This document shows positions 1 to 8,956 of a stretch of DNA of 64,000 nt, one piece after another (within the stretch, counting starts at the first letter, position 1; each line of letters begins with the position of its first letter). Origin of the DNA: Armatimonadota bacterium (GTDB lineage Bacteria; Sysuimicrobiota; Sysuimicrobiia; Sysuimicrobiales; Kaftiobacteriaceae); assembly GCA_037440005.1 (NCBI GenBank), contig JBBIUY010000006.1, positions 44,326 through 108,325 on the forward strand, in the 5' to 3' direction. Below the pieces are notes generated by a model. It was not told the origin of the DNA. It worked only from the letters and a program-made list of their open reading frames with translations, and ran no database searches. The position numbers and the translations under genes were made by a program.

Positions 1-114
1 AGACGTCTTGCCCTGGGCGCTGCGGCCCACAAAAACGTTCATCCCGGGGGCCAGGGCCACGTCGGTCCGCCGGTGATTGCGAAAGTTAAGAAGGCGCAGC
101 CGCACCAGCGTCAT
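1..114 (-). CDS. recF: DNA replication and repair protein RecF, N-terminal fragment; the gene continues off the left edge
   Basis: Minus-strand translation from the ATG at 114 reads MTLVRLRLLNFRNHRRTDVALAPGMNVFVGRSAQGKTS, the RecF N-terminus with a Walker A GxxxxGKT/S motif. Synteny recF-yaaA-dnaN-dnaA supports it. Confidence 0.75.
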   Translation of the reverse strand, partial: MTLVRLRLLNFRNHRRTDVALAPGMNVFVGRSAQGKTS

Positions 115-349
115 CGGACGCCCGCCGGATCTCCAGCACCTGCCCTCCCACCTGCACCACGTCCCCGGGGCGGACCTGTCGTCCCCGCCGACGCTCGATC
201 TCCCCGTTCACCCTCACCAGACCCCGGCGGATCAGCTCTTTGGCCTGGCCGCCGGTGGCGGCCAGGCGGGCCCACTTCAGCAACGCCCCCAGGGCAATGG
301 TGTCGGTGCGGATGGCCACCACCCGCCGCCCGGCGCTTCCCGCCGCCAC
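86..349 (-). CDS. yaaA: S4-domain RNA-binding protein (YaaA-like), 87 aa
   Basis: S4-like sequence LVRVNGEIERRRGRQVRPGDVVQV. Its position between recF and dnaN matches the Firmicute origin arrangement. Confidence 0.7.
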   Translation of the reverse strand: MAAGSAGRRVVAIRTDTIALGALLKWARLAATGGQAKELIRRGLVRVNGEIERRRGRQVRPGDVVQVGGQVLEIRRASDDAGAAAPS

Positions 350-352
350 CGC

Positions 353-1468
353 CTACCCGTACACCCTCACCGGCGCCAGCACATAGACGTAGTCGCCGTG
401 GTGGACGGGACGGATCACCCCCGGGCTCAAAGGCCCCGTCAGCTCCAGGAAGACTTCGTCGGTCTCGATGGCGTTCAGGCAGTCCATCAGGTAGCGGGCG
501 TTGAACGCCGCCTCCACCGTTTCCCCCTCCACCGCCACCTCCACCTCCTCCCGGGCCCGCCCCACCTCGGGCGTGTTGGAGGTGATGGTTAGGGTGCCGC
601 CCCGGGCCGCCAGCCGCACCACGTTGGCCGAATCCCGCGCCGTGATCGCCGCCCGCCGAATCCCCCGCAACAGCCGTTCGGTCTGCGCCCGGATGCGCTG
701 CTTCACCGCCTGGGCGTCGGGAATCACCTTCTCGTAGTTGGGAAACTGCCCGCTGATGATGCGCGAAAACACGCGCAGCCCGGGAACCGAGAACACCACC
801 TGGGTGTCCGCCAGGCTTATCTGGACCTGGGCCTGAACGCCCGCCAGCGCCCTGGCCAGCTCCTGCAGCGCCTTGGCGGGAACGATCACGCCCAGCTTCT
901 GCCGAGCTTGCCGGCCCAGCGCGGCCTTCCGCAGCGCTAGGCGTCCCCCGTCGGTTGCCACGAACCGCCCTTCGTCACCCTCGAGAACCACATAGACGCC
1001 CGTCAAAAAGGGCCTGGTCTCGTCGGTAGACACCGCAAAAATCGTCTGGGCGATCATCGTGCGCAGGATATCCGCGTCCACCACCGCCACCGGGTCTCCT
1101 TCCACCCGCGGCAGCGCGGGAAAATCGGCGGGCGGCAGGCCGAGGATCTCAAACTCGCTGGTCTCGCAGGCAATCCGGCACTGCGGTGCTCCTTCTTCCA
1201 CCCGCAGCTCCACCGTGGCCGCGGGCAACTGCCCGATAATCTCCGCCAGTAGCCGCGCGGGCATCGTCGCCTGTCCGCCCCGTTTGACCTCCGCGTCGAC
1301 ATCCGCCTGCACGGCCAGCTCCAGATCCGTTGCCGTCAGTCGCAAACGGTCCCGACCGGTTTCCGCTAGTACATAACCCAAAATGGGCATCGTCGTTCGG
1401 GTGGATACAGCGCGACCGACCAGACCGACGGTTTTGGCCAGTGCCGGTTGTGCACACGTTACCCACAT
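353..1468 (-). CDS. dnaN: DNA polymerase III beta sliding clamp
   Basis: 371 aa with a typical three-domain beta-clamp sequence. It lies directly downstream of dnaA. Confidence 0.95.
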   Translation of the reverse strand: MWVTCAQPALAKTVGLVGRAVSTRTTMPILGYVLAETGRDRLRLTATDLELAVQADVDAEVKRGGQATMPARLLAEIIGQLPAATVELRVEEGAPQCRIACETSEFEILGLPPADFPALPRVEGDPVAVVDADILRTMIAQTIFAVSTDETRPFLTGVYVVLEGDEGRFVATDGGRLALRKAALGRQARQKLGVIVPAKALQELARALAGVQAQVQISLADTQVVFSVPGLRVFSRIISGQFPNYEKVIPDAQAVKQRIRAQTERLLRGIRRAAITARDSANVVRLAARGGTLTITSNTPEVGRAREEVEVAVEGETVEAAFNARYLMDCLNAIETDEVFLELTGPLSPGVIRPVHHGDYVYVLAPVRVYG

Positions 1469-1643
1469 GAAGTTTCCTCCGGTTAGTGATTATTAATATA
1501 CTTTCTCTACATACTAGTACACCTGTGGATACTGTGGACAAGATACCAATCAGGTTCACCATAACAAGCAAGACGTGTGCGCACAACCTGCGGGTATGTA
1601 CACCCGAGATATGCACAGCCTGCGTAGGGAACGCGGTCGAGTG
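1469..1643. promoter_or_regulatory. oriC segment in the dnaA-dnaN intergenic region: an AT-rich candidate DNA-unwinding element plus two tandem DnaA boxes
   Basis: Positions 1481..1520 (ggttagtgattattaatatactttctctacatactagtac) are sharply AT-rich in a >70% GC genome. tgtggatac at 1524..1532 and tgtggacaa at 1533..1541 are reverse-strand matches to TTATCCACA (8/9 each). Confidence 0.65.
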
Positions 1644-2984
1644 TCAATCGGCGTTGTGAATGGTGTCGATGAGTTTCTTTAAGGTGGCGGCGAGGTACGG
1701 GTCGCGGGCCAGGACGGCTTTGACGCGCTCGCAGGCGTGCATGACCGTGGTGTGGTCGCGGCCGCCGAACTCTTCCCCGATCCGCGGCAGCGACGCGTCG
1801 GTGAGCTCTCGCGCCAGGTACATGGCGATCTGGCGGGGGAAAGCGATTCCTTTGGTGCGCCGTTTGGCGCGCATCTCCTCGACGCGCAGACCGAAGTGGT
1901 CGGCCACCACCTTCTGAATGAGGGGAATCGTCACCACCCGGGGCGCGGTAGCGGGAAGCAGCTCTTTGAGGATTTCGGCGGCCAGCTCGACCGTCATGGG
2001 GGCGCGGGTCAGGGTGGCGTAGGCCACCACCCGGACCAGGGCGCCCTCCAGCTCCCGGATGTTGGACTGGATGCGCTGGGCGATGTACTCGGCCACATCG
2101 TCGGGTACGGTCATGCCGTCCAGCTCAGCTTTCTTACGCAGGATGGCGATGCGGGTCTCCAGGTCGGGTGGCTGGATGTCGGCGATCAGTCCCCACTCGA
2201 ACCGCGACCGCAGCCGATCCTCCAGGGTGGGGATCTCCTTGGGAGGGCGGTCGCTGGTGATGATAATCTGGCGGCTGGCCTCGTGGAGGGTGTTGAACGT
2301 GTGGAAGAACTCTTCCTGGGTGCGCTCCTTGCCCGCCAGGAACTGGATGTCGTCGATCAGAAGGACGTCCACGTTGCGGTACTTGGTGCGGAACTCCAGG
2401 GTCCGGTCGTCGCGGATGGCGTTGATGAGTTCGTTGGTGAACTTCTCGCTGCTGATGTACGCCACGCGGGTGAGCTGGTGCTTGTGGATCACGTGGTGGC
2501 CGATGGCCTGCAGCAGGTGCGTCTTGCCCAGCCCCACGCCGCCGTAGATGAACAGGGGGTTGTAGGCCCGGGCGGGAGCTTCGGCCACGGCCATGGCGGC
2601 GGCGTGGGCGAACCGGTTTCCCGATCCGATGACGAAGGTGTCGAAGGTGTACTTCGGCGACAGCGGGAGGCCTTCGGGCGGCCGGGGGAGGGGCGAGGAC
2701 GCGGCCGGAGGAGGGGTGGCAGGCCCCTCGGCCACGGTGATCTGGACGGACACGGGGCGGGCCAGCACCTCCTGCAGGGCGGTGTGGATGAGGCTGGAAA
2801 AGCGCGTCTCCACCCACTCCTTGGCCAGCCGGGTCGGAACGGAAAAGACGAAGGTGTTGTCGGTCAGCGCCACGGGGACCATGGCTTTGACGAAAGACTC
2901 GTAGCTGGGTTTGCTGAGGCGGCCTTCGATGCGCCGCAAAGCCGCCTGCCAGACGCCAGCTGCGGACGTGGTGTTGACGGCCAT
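1644..2984 (-). CDS. dnaA: Chromosomal replication initiator DnaA
   Basis: 446 aa with AAA+ motifs [10 protein letters not shown] and IDDIQF and a C-terminal DnaA-box-binding domain. Confidence 0.97.
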   Translation of the reverse strand: MAVNTTSAAGVWQAALRRIEGRLSKPSYESFVKAMVPVALTDNTFVFSVPTRLAKEWVETRFSSLIHTALQEVLARPVSVQITVAEGPATPPPAASSPLPRPPEGLPLSPKYTFDTFVIGSGNRFAHAAAMAVAEAPARAYNPLFIYGGVGLGKTHLLQAIGHHVIHKHQLTRVAYISSEKFTNELINAIRDDRTLEFRTKYRNVDVLLIDDIQFLAGKERTQEEFFHTFNTLHEASRQIIITSDRPPKEIPTLEDRLRSRFEWGLIADIQPPDLETRIAILRKKAELDGMTVPDDVAEYIAQRIQSNIRELEGALVRVVAYATLTRAPMTVELAAEILKELLPATAPRVVTIPLIQKVVADHFGLRVEEMRAKRRTKGIAFPRQIAMYLARELTDASLPRIGEEFGGRDHTTVMHACERVKAVLARDPYLAATLKKLIDTIHNAD

Positions 2985-3020
2985 CGGTGCGCCCTCCTGG
3001 GTGTGGATGCCGCGGGCGGC

Positions 3021-3806
3021 CTACGGCGCGAAGACGTCGCCCAGGGCGGCGATGCCTTCCTCGGTCAGCGTTCGCCGGCCGGCGGCCTTGTTGTCCACCA
3101 GGCGCCGGCGTTCCAGCAGCCGGAGCTCGCGGTATGCGGTGCTCTGGCTGACGCCGAGTTCTTTGGCGATCGCCGACGGACCGGCGGAGCCCAGCTCGGC
3201 GATGAGCAGGAGGACCTTCTTCTGCCGGGAGGTCAGGTCCGGCGGCCGCCCGGGCGGGCTGTCCGGGCTTCCCTCGGGGACGCGCGCGCGTTCCGGATTC
3301 ACCGTGAGGGTCACCACAGTGCCCCCGCCCAGGTTGTCGTCGATGGTGAGGGTTCCCCCCAGCAGAGTCACCTGCTCCCGGGCCACCGGCAGGCCGGCGC
3401 CCACCCCGCGGATCAGGCGGCGCAGGTCGGCGGTGGCGCTGGTGAACCCGGGCTGCAGCGCCCGTGCTTTGTCGGCGATGCCGGGTCCCCGGTCCGAGAC
3501 CCGAATGGTGTTTCCCGAATCCAGGATGCTGATCACGGCGTCCTGGAACCGTGCGTGCACCAGGTTCTCCACGACCTCCCGGACGGCCGCGAACGGGATC
3601 CGTCCGCCCCGGTCGCGGGCCAGGGTGTAGGTCCGCGCCGCCAGGTCTTCGATCAACCCCTCCACATCGCGACCGCGCACCACCGTCACCACGGGAGCCG
3701 CCAGTGGGGAGTCGTACACGGCCACGCGGACCTCCGGCGGCCCGTCCTCGCCCGCGCGCGCGGCTGTACCCTCCGTCAGGCCGGGGGCTTCCGACATCAC
3801 CGTCAT
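3021..3806 (-). CDS. GHKL-type ATPase domain (anti-sigma regulatory Ser kinase-like) fused to a C-terminal MarR-like winged HTH. The start is taken as internal Met 202 of the 462-aa ORF.
   Basis: HATPase_c-like motifs REVVENLVHARF, IRVSDRGPGI and GGTVVTLTV. The C-terminus reads LTSRQKKVLLLIAELGSAGPSAIAKELGVSQSTAYRELRLLERRRLV. The upstream 200 codons are low-complexity PRG-rich read-through, not protein-like. Confidence 0.55.
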   Translation of the reverse strand: MTVMSEAPGLTEGTAARAGEDGPPEVRVAVYDSPLAAPVVTVVRGRDVEGLIEDLAARTYTLARDRGGRIPFAAVREVVENLVHARFQDAVISILDSGNTIRVSDRGPGIADKARALQPGFTSATADLRRLIRGVGAGLPVAREQVTLLGGTLTIDDNLGGGTVVTLTVNPERARVPEGSPDSPPGRPPDLTSRQKKVLLLIAELGSAGPSAIAKELGVSQSTAYRELRLLERRRLVDNKAAGRRTLTEEGIAALGDVFAP

Positions 3807-3959
3807 GGCGTCAGCCCGCCCGCCGGAGGTCCCGCGCCGCGGAAAGATCCCTGTGTCGGTGGAAACGCTTTCCGGTGTTTGGCCACCCACGGGACAACTC
3901 CTACCGCCGCGCCGGTCGGGCGGCAGATTTCGTGCAGGTCCGTGACCGTGCGCGCGATG

Positions 3960-4215
3960 ACCGCGGCTGTGGACACGACGTACTGGGAAGCACCCCGACT
4001 TTCTCGGTCCGGTCGGCGGTGTCCTGCCGAACATGGGTGTGGGGCGCGCCTCCGGAAGTGCGCCGGGCGCGCTCGGGCGCGGGTATCCACAGGAGACGCC
4101 GCGGTTGTGGACAAGACGCGGGAGAAGGGGCGCATGAGCCCCCGGGCCCAGGGGAAGGGGGCGGGTGCGGGGACCGGAGAGGGAGGGCGTCTGGGAAAAT
4201 TGTGGACAAGACCCC
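3960..4215. promoter_or_regulatory. DnaA-box cluster upstream of rpmH (second oriC segment)
   Basis: DnaA-box-like 9-mers at 3968..3976 (tgtggacac), 4083..4091 (gtatccaca), 4106..4114 (tgtggacaa) and 4201..4209 (tgtggacaa). Each is 7-8/9 to TTATCCACA on one strand. Confidence 0.65.
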
Positions 4216-4363
4216 CCGTTGTCCCCAGGTTGTGCACACCGCCGTCGCGAGATGGGGCGTCGTTGTGCCCGGGGAGGGGGCCGTGTTATAGTGGCCTCTG
4301 CCTGCGGGGGGCCGTCTCCGCGGAGGGGCCAGGCCCGCGGGCCGGGCGGCGGCGAGGTGCGGG

Positions 4364-4501
4364 GTGAAGCGGACCTACCAGCCCAGGGTGCGCAAAAGGA
4401 GGAGGACACACGGGTTTTTGGTCCGGATGCGGACGCCCGGCGGTCGGAACGTTCTGCGCCGGAGGCGGGCCAAGGGTCGGTGGCGGCTGACGCCCCGGTA
4501 G
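4364..4501 (+). CDS. rpmH: 50S ribosomal protein L34 (GTG start); too short for the supplied ORF track
   Basis: Translation [45 protein letters not shown] is near-identical to the L34 consensus. Confidence 0.9.
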   Translation: MKRTYQPRVRKRRRTHGFLVRMRTPGGRNVLRRRRAKGRWRLTPR

Positions 4502-4524
4502 GCCTGCGGCCGGGCGCTGTCCGG

Positions 4525-4884
4525 GTGGAGGCGCTGAGGGGCCGGGCGGCGTTCGACAGGGTCTACAGGGAGGGCCGCCGGGTCGGGGGGCCGGTGGCCG
4601 TCCTTGTCGTCCGGGCGGGAGGCGGGTCCGGAGTGCGCGCGGGCATCGCGGTCGGGCGGGCGGCGGGAAGGGCTGTCGCGCGCAACCGCCTGCGCCGGCG
4701 CCTGCGCGAGGCCTTCAGGAGCCTGGCCGGGAGGATGCGGCCCGGCTTTGACGTGGTCATCGTCGCGCGTCCCGAGGCGGCCCGCCGGCCCTTTGCCGCC
4801 CTGGTGGACGACCTGGAGACCCTGCTCAGGCGGGCGGAGGTGCTGGGTCCCGGAGGAGAGGCGGCGGCAGGTGAGGGGTCGTGA
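4525..4884 (+). CDS. rnpA: RNase P protein component; start codon uncertain (GTG 4525 or upstream CTG)
   Basis: Sequence [18 protein letters not shown]...[28 protein letters not shown] is the RnpA fold signature. The gene lies directly after rpmH. Confidence 0.8.
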   Translation: MEALRGRAAFDRVYREGRRVGGPVAVLVVRAGGGSGVRAGIAVGRAAGRAVARNRLRRRLREAFRSLAGRMRPGFDVVIVARPEAARRPFAALVDDLETLLRRAEVLGPGGEAAAGEGS

Positions 4885-5090
4885 CCCGGCTTGTGCTGTT
4901 TCTGATCGGCGCCTATCAGCGGTGGATCTCCCCCTACATTCCGCCCACGTGCCGGTTTTACCCCTCGTGTTCGTCGTACGCCGCCGCGGCCGTCGCGCGA
5001 TACGGGGTGTGGCGGGGTGGGATGCTGGCCGTGCGGCGGCTGTTGCGGTGCCACCCGTGGAACCCGGGCGGGTACGACCCGGTCCCCTGA
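4881..5090 (+). CDS. yidD: Membrane protein insertion efficiency factor YidD
   Basis: 69 aa containing [23 protein letters not shown]. It overlaps the rnpA stop as GTGA. Confidence 0.85.
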   Translation: MTRLVLFLIGAYQRWISPYIPPTCRFYPSCSSYAAAAVARYGVWRGGMLAVRRLLRCHPWNPGGYDPVP

Positions 5091-5127
5091 CCGCGCGGTC
5101 TTCGGTGGGCGGGGGAACAGACAGACC

Positions 5128-5823
5128 ATGATCACGGGGATCGCCGACGCCCTGGTCGCGCTGCTCAACGTGTTCCACCGCTGGACGGGCAGTTACGGGC
5201 TGTCCATCATTCTGCTCACCCTGGCCATCAAGGTCGTGCTGCACCCCCTGACCCGCCGGCAGCTGGGCTCCATGAAGGCCATGCAGGCGCTGGCGCCCCA
5301 GGTGCAGGTTCTGCGGGACAAATACCGGGACAACCCGCAGCAGATGAACATCGAGATCATGAACCTGTACCGGGCGCACCGGGTCAACCCGCTGTCCGGG
5401 TGCCTGCCGATGCTGGTGCAGCTCCCGGTCCTGTGGGCGCTGTTCGCCGCGCTGCGGCGGCAGGGGTTGTTTGGGGGGGAGACCTTTCTGGGCGCTGCGC
5501 TGGACCAGGTGCCCACGTTTGCGGCGATGCGGGACAACCCCCTTCTCGCGGTGTACCCCCTGCTGGTGGGCGCCACCACCTACCTGCAGCAGAGGCTGAC
5601 CATCGCCGACCCGCAGCAGGCGCGCATGTATGTGTTCATGCCCGTGCTGGTGGCCTGGTTCGCAACGCAGTTCCAGGTGGGGCTGTCGCTGTACTGGATC
5701 GTGTCCACCCTGGCCTACGCCGCCGAGTACCTGCTCGTGGTGGGCCGGTCCGGGCCGTCCCCCGCCCCCCGCCAGGCCCCCCAGATCCTCCCGCAGCGCC
5801 CGAAGGGGGCCAAGAAGAAGTGA
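5128..5823 (+). CDS. yidC: Membrane protein insertase YidC/SpoIIIJ (short Gram-positive form)
   Basis: Begins MITGIADALVALLNVFH with the YidC core LTLAIKVVLHPLTRRQLGSMKAMQALAPQVQVLRDKYRDNPQQMN. The supplied ORF has an implausible N-terminal extension. Confidence 0.9.
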   Translation: MITGIADALVALLNVFHRWTGSYGLSIILLTLAIKVVLHPLTRRQLGSMKAMQALAPQVQVLRDKYRDNPQQMNIEIMNLYRAHRVNPLSGCLPMLVQLPVLWALFAALRRQGLFGGETFLGAALDQVPTFAAMRDNPLLAVYPLLVGATTYLQQRLTIADPQQARMYVFMPVLVAWFATQFQVGLSLYWIVSTLAYAAEYLLVVGRSGPSPAPRQAPQILPQRPKGAKKK

Positions 5824-6467
5824 TGCAGGTGGAGGCCAGCGGGCGGACGGTGGAAGAGGCGGTCGCCCGGGCCCTGGAGGAGCTGGGAGTCGAGCGGGAA
5901 GACGTCGAGGTCGAGGTCCTGGACCCCGGCTCGCGGGGGATGCTGGGCTTTGGGGCGCGGGATGCGCGCGTCCGGGTGGCGGTCAAGCCTTCCCCCGCCG
6001 CCGTGGCCCACCAGCTGATGGCGCGCCTGATCGACCACCTGGGGATCCAGGGAACGGTGAGGGCCAGAGAGCAGGACGGCGGCGTGCTGGTCACCGTCTC
6101 GGGCGAGCACCTGGGGGCGTTGATCGGCCGCAGGGGCGCGACGCTGGAAGCCGTCCAGTTCCTGCTGGGGCTGATGGTGAGCCGGAAGGTGCGCTCTCTC
6201 GTGCGGGTGACTGTGGACGCCGGCGGGTACCGGGAGCGGCGGATCAAGTCCCTGCAGGAACAGGCCCGCCGCGCCGCCGAGAGGGCCGTCCGGGAGGGGC
6301 GGGAAGTCATGCTGGAACCCATGGCTGCCTCCGACCGGCGTGTGATCCACCTGACCCTGGCCGGGCATCCCGGGGTGGTCACCGAGAGCCGTGGGGAGGG
6401 GGAAGATCGCCGCGTGGTGGTCATCCCCCGGTTTTCCGAGGACGCCCCGTCCCCCTCTGGTCTCTGA
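5823..6467 (+). CDS. jag: Jag/KhpB RNA-binding protein (Jag_N + KH + R3H)
   Basis: Starts MQVEASGRTVEEAVARALEELGV (Jag_N) and carries a C-terminal R3H sequence RRVIHLTLAGHPGVVTESRGEG. The ATG overlaps the yidC stop as TGATG. Confidence 0.85.
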   Translation: MQVEASGRTVEEAVARALEELGVEREDVEVEVLDPGSRGMLGFGARDARVRVAVKPSPAAVAHQLMARLIDHLGIQGTVRAREQDGGVLVTVSGEHLGALIGRRGATLEAVQFLLGLMVSRKVRSLVRVTVDAGGYRERRIKSLQEQARRAAERAVREGREVMLEPMAASDRRVIHLTLAGHPGVVTESRGEGEDRRVVVIPRFSEDAPSPSGL

Positions 6468-6474
6468 GCGCTCC

Positions 6475-7179
6475 CTGGGAAACCTGGTCAGGGACCTGGC
6501 GTCTGCTGCCGGGGTCGTCCTGGACGACGCCCAGGTCCGCCAGATGGTGCGCTACCTGGACCTGGTGGCGTCCTGGAGCCGGAAGGCGCGGCTGACGGCG
6601 GTCGCCAACCCCCCGTCGGCCGCCCGGGTGCACGTGGCGGACTCGCTGCTCTGCCTGCGCGCCGGGATTCCTCATCTGGCGACCGTTGTGGACGTCGGCA
6701 GCGGCGCGGGCCTGCCGGGGATTCCCCTGAAGATCGCCAGGCCGGACCTGGCCGTCACCCTGGTGGAACCCTCCCAGAGGAGGGCGGCTTTTCTGGAGAT
6801 GGCGTGCGCGGATCTGGGCCTGGAAGTGGAAGTGGTCGCCCGGCCGGCCGAGGAGGTCGGGCGGGATCCCCGGTACAGGGAGGCGTTCCAGGTCGCTGTG
6901 GCCCGGGCGGTGGCGCCGATGAGGGCGCTTGCCGAGCTGGTCCTTCCCCTGATCCGGCCCGGCGGAAAGGCCGTCTTGCTGAAAGGACCGGCGGCGGGGG
7001 AGGAGGTGGAGCGGGCGCGGACTGCCCTCAGCGTGCTGGGGGGAGGGACGCCCGCGCTGGTGCCGGCGTCCATCCCCGGGAGCCCCGAGCGGGTGGTCGT
7101 GGTCGTCCCCAAGGTCGCACCCACCCCGTCGCGGTACCCCAGGCGCCCGGGTGTCCCGCGACGCCGCCCTCTGGGGTGA
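6475..7179 (+). CDS. rsmG: 16S rRNA m7G527 methyltransferase RsmG (GidB); true start ambiguous between 6391 and 6545
   Basis: SAM-methyltransferase motif VVDVGSGAGLPGIPL. The N-terminal region LDDAQVRQMVRYLDLVASWSRKARLTAV aligns to the RsmG N-terminus. No in-frame ATG or GTG lies between the jag stop and 6544. Confidence 0.8.
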   Translation: MGNLVRDLASAAGVVLDDAQVRQMVRYLDLVASWSRKARLTAVANPPSAARVHVADSLLCLRAGIPHLATVVDVGSGAGLPGIPLKIARPDLAVTLVEPSQRRAAFLEMACADLGLEVEVVARPAEEVGRDPRYREAFQVAVARAVAPMRALAELVLPLIRPGGKAVLLKGPAAGEEVERARTALSVLGGGTPALVPASIPGSPERVVVVVPKVAPTPSRYPRRPGVPRRRPLG

Positions 7180-7224
7180 GCAGCCGGAGGACCCCCACAG
7201 GTCGTACCGAATGTGGGTTTGCAG

Positions 7225-8007
7225 ATGGGGCGCGTCATCGCGGTGGCCAACCAGAAGGGTGGGGTGGGCAAGACCACCACGGCGGTGAACCTCTCGGCCG
7301 CTTTGGCGCTGCAGGGGCTGCACGTCCTGGTGGTGGACGCCGACCCCCAGGGCCACGCCACCGGAGGTTTGGGCATCCCCCGCCCCCCTCGGCACGCGTC
7401 CCTGTACGACGTCCTGACCAGCGGTGCGTCACTGGCGTCGGTGCTGGTGCCGAGCCCGCTGAAGGGGTTGGACATGGCCCCGTCCAGCCCGGACCTGGCT
7501 GGCGCCGAGGTGGAACTGGTGGGCCTGCCGTCCCGGGAATTCCGCCTGCGGGAGGCCCTGCGCCCCGTGCGGGAGTGGTACGAGTTCGTTTTTGTGGACT
7601 GCCCCCCCTCGCTGGGCCTGCTGACCCTCAACGCCCTGGTGGCCGCCGACGAAGTCTTGGTCCCCATCCAGTGCGAGTACTACGCCCTGGAGGGGCTGTC
7701 CCGGCTGGTGGACACGGTGGCGCTCGTCCGCCGGCGGCTGCATCCCCAGCTGCGGGTGGGCGGGGTGCTGCTCACCATGTTCGACCCCCGCACAAACCTC
7801 GCCGAGCAGGTCGCCGCCGAAGTCCGCCGGCACTTCCCCCGGGAGGTCTTTGACACCGTCATTCCCCGCAGCGTGCGGCTGGCGGAGGCGCCGTCGTTCG
7901 GGCAGCCCGCGGTGACCTACGACCCGACGTCCAGGGGGGCTCAGGCGTACGTGGCCCTGGCCAGGGAGGTGCGCGCCCGTGCCGGACAACCCGTTCCCGT
8001 CGGCTGA
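7225..8007 (+). CDS. soj: Chromosome partitioning ATPase ParA/Soj
   Basis: Starts MGRVIAVANQKGGVGKTTTAVNL, a deviant Walker A. Confidence 0.9.
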   Translation: MGRVIAVANQKGGVGKTTTAVNLSAALALQGLHVLVVDADPQGHATGGLGIPRPPRHASLYDVLTSGASLASVLVPSPLKGLDMAPSSPDLAGAEVELVGLPSREFRLREALRPVREWYEFVFVDCPPSLGLLTLNALVAADEVLVPIQCEYYALEGLSRLVDTVALVRRRLHPQLRVGGVLLTMFDPRTNLAEQVAAEVRRHFPREVFDTVIPRSVRLAEAPSFGQPAVTYDPTSRGAQAYVALAREVRARAGQPVPVG

Positions 8008-8845
8008 CCCCAGGCGGAGGGGGCTGGGACGGGGGCTGGCGGCCCTCATCCCGGGCGCCGACACCCCGGACAGACCGGCGGAGATCCCCCTGTCCAGGCT
8101 GAAGCCGGGCGCCTTCCAGCCCCGCCAGACCGTCGACCCCCGGGAACTTGAGGAACTGGCCGAGTCCGTGCGCCGCCACGGGGTGCTGCAGCCCATCGTG
8201 GTGCGGCCCGCCGGCGACGGGTTCGAGGTCGTGGCGGGAGAGCGCCGGTGGAGGGCGGCGGAAGCGGCGGGCCTGCAAACCGTCCCGGCCCTGGTGCGGG
8301 ACCTGGACGACAGGGAGGCTCTGGAGCTGGCGCTGGTCGAAAACCTCCAGCGCCAGGACCTGTCGCCCCTCCAGAGGGCCCGGGCGTACCGCCGGCTGGT
8401 GGAGGAGTTCGGGCTGACCCAGGAGCAGGTGGCCGAGCGGGTGGGCAAAAGCCAGCCGTCGGTGGCCAACACCCTGCGCCTGCTGCAGCTGCCCCCGCCC
8501 ATCCAGGCCAGCCTGGAGGCGGGCCGGATCAGCGAGGGGCACGCCCGCGCCATTCTGTCGGCGGGGACGGTGCAGAAGATGCTGGACGTCTGGGAGAAGG
8601 TGGAGCGCCGGGGCCTGTCGGTGCGCGAGACCGAAGCCCTGGTCCGGTCGGCTATTTCACGTGGAATGCCCTCGCGGCCGAGGGGGAGGTCAGACCCCCA
8701 CCTGCGGGCGGTGGAGCAGGAGCTGGCCCGCCGGTACGCCACCGACGTGCGCGTGGCGGGCAGCCCCCGCCGGGGGAGGCTGATGTTTGCCTACCGGTCC
8801 GAGGAGGACCTCCAGAGGCTGGTGGACCTCCTGCTGCGCCGCTGA
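7979..8845 (+). CDS. spo0J: Chromosome partitioning protein ParB/Spo0J (GTG start)
   Basis: ParB box GERRWRAA, an HTH, and a C-terminal dimerisation region. It overlaps the soj 3' end. Confidence 0.9.
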   Translation: MPDNPFPSADPRRRGLGRGLAALIPGADTPDRPAEIPLSRLKPGAFQPRQTVDPRELEELAESVRRHGVLQPIVVRPAGDGFEVVAGERRWRAAEAAGLQTVPALVRDLDDREALELALVENLQRQDLSPLQRARAYRRLVEEFGLTQEQVAERVGKSQPSVANTLRLLQLPPPIQASLEAGRISEGHARAILSAGTVQKMLDVWEKVERRGLSVRETEALVRSAISRGMPSRPRGRSDPHLRAVEQELARRYATDVRVAGSPRRGRLMFAYRSEEDLQRLVDLLLRR

Positions 8846-8956
8846 CCGCCCGGGCGGTCCTCCGCCCGTCAGAATGATGTCCATAATTGCTCATCTTATT
8901 CGCTCTACTCCGCTGCCACGGATCCGCGTCCGCGTCGGCGACAGGGAGGGGAGGCG

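Noticed and set aside
1737-4367. 876-aa plus-strand ORF antisense to dnaA and the GHKL-HTH gene. Similar long ORFs occur at 8887..11178, 8891..11176, 24203..26986, 26487..30284, 32747..36619, 52132..55371 and 59742..62426.
   Set aside because: Their translations are low-complexity Arg/Gly/Pro/Ala-rich strings typical of stop-codon-poor alternative frames in more than 70% GC DNA. Each lies opposite or shifted from a gene with clear family signatures.
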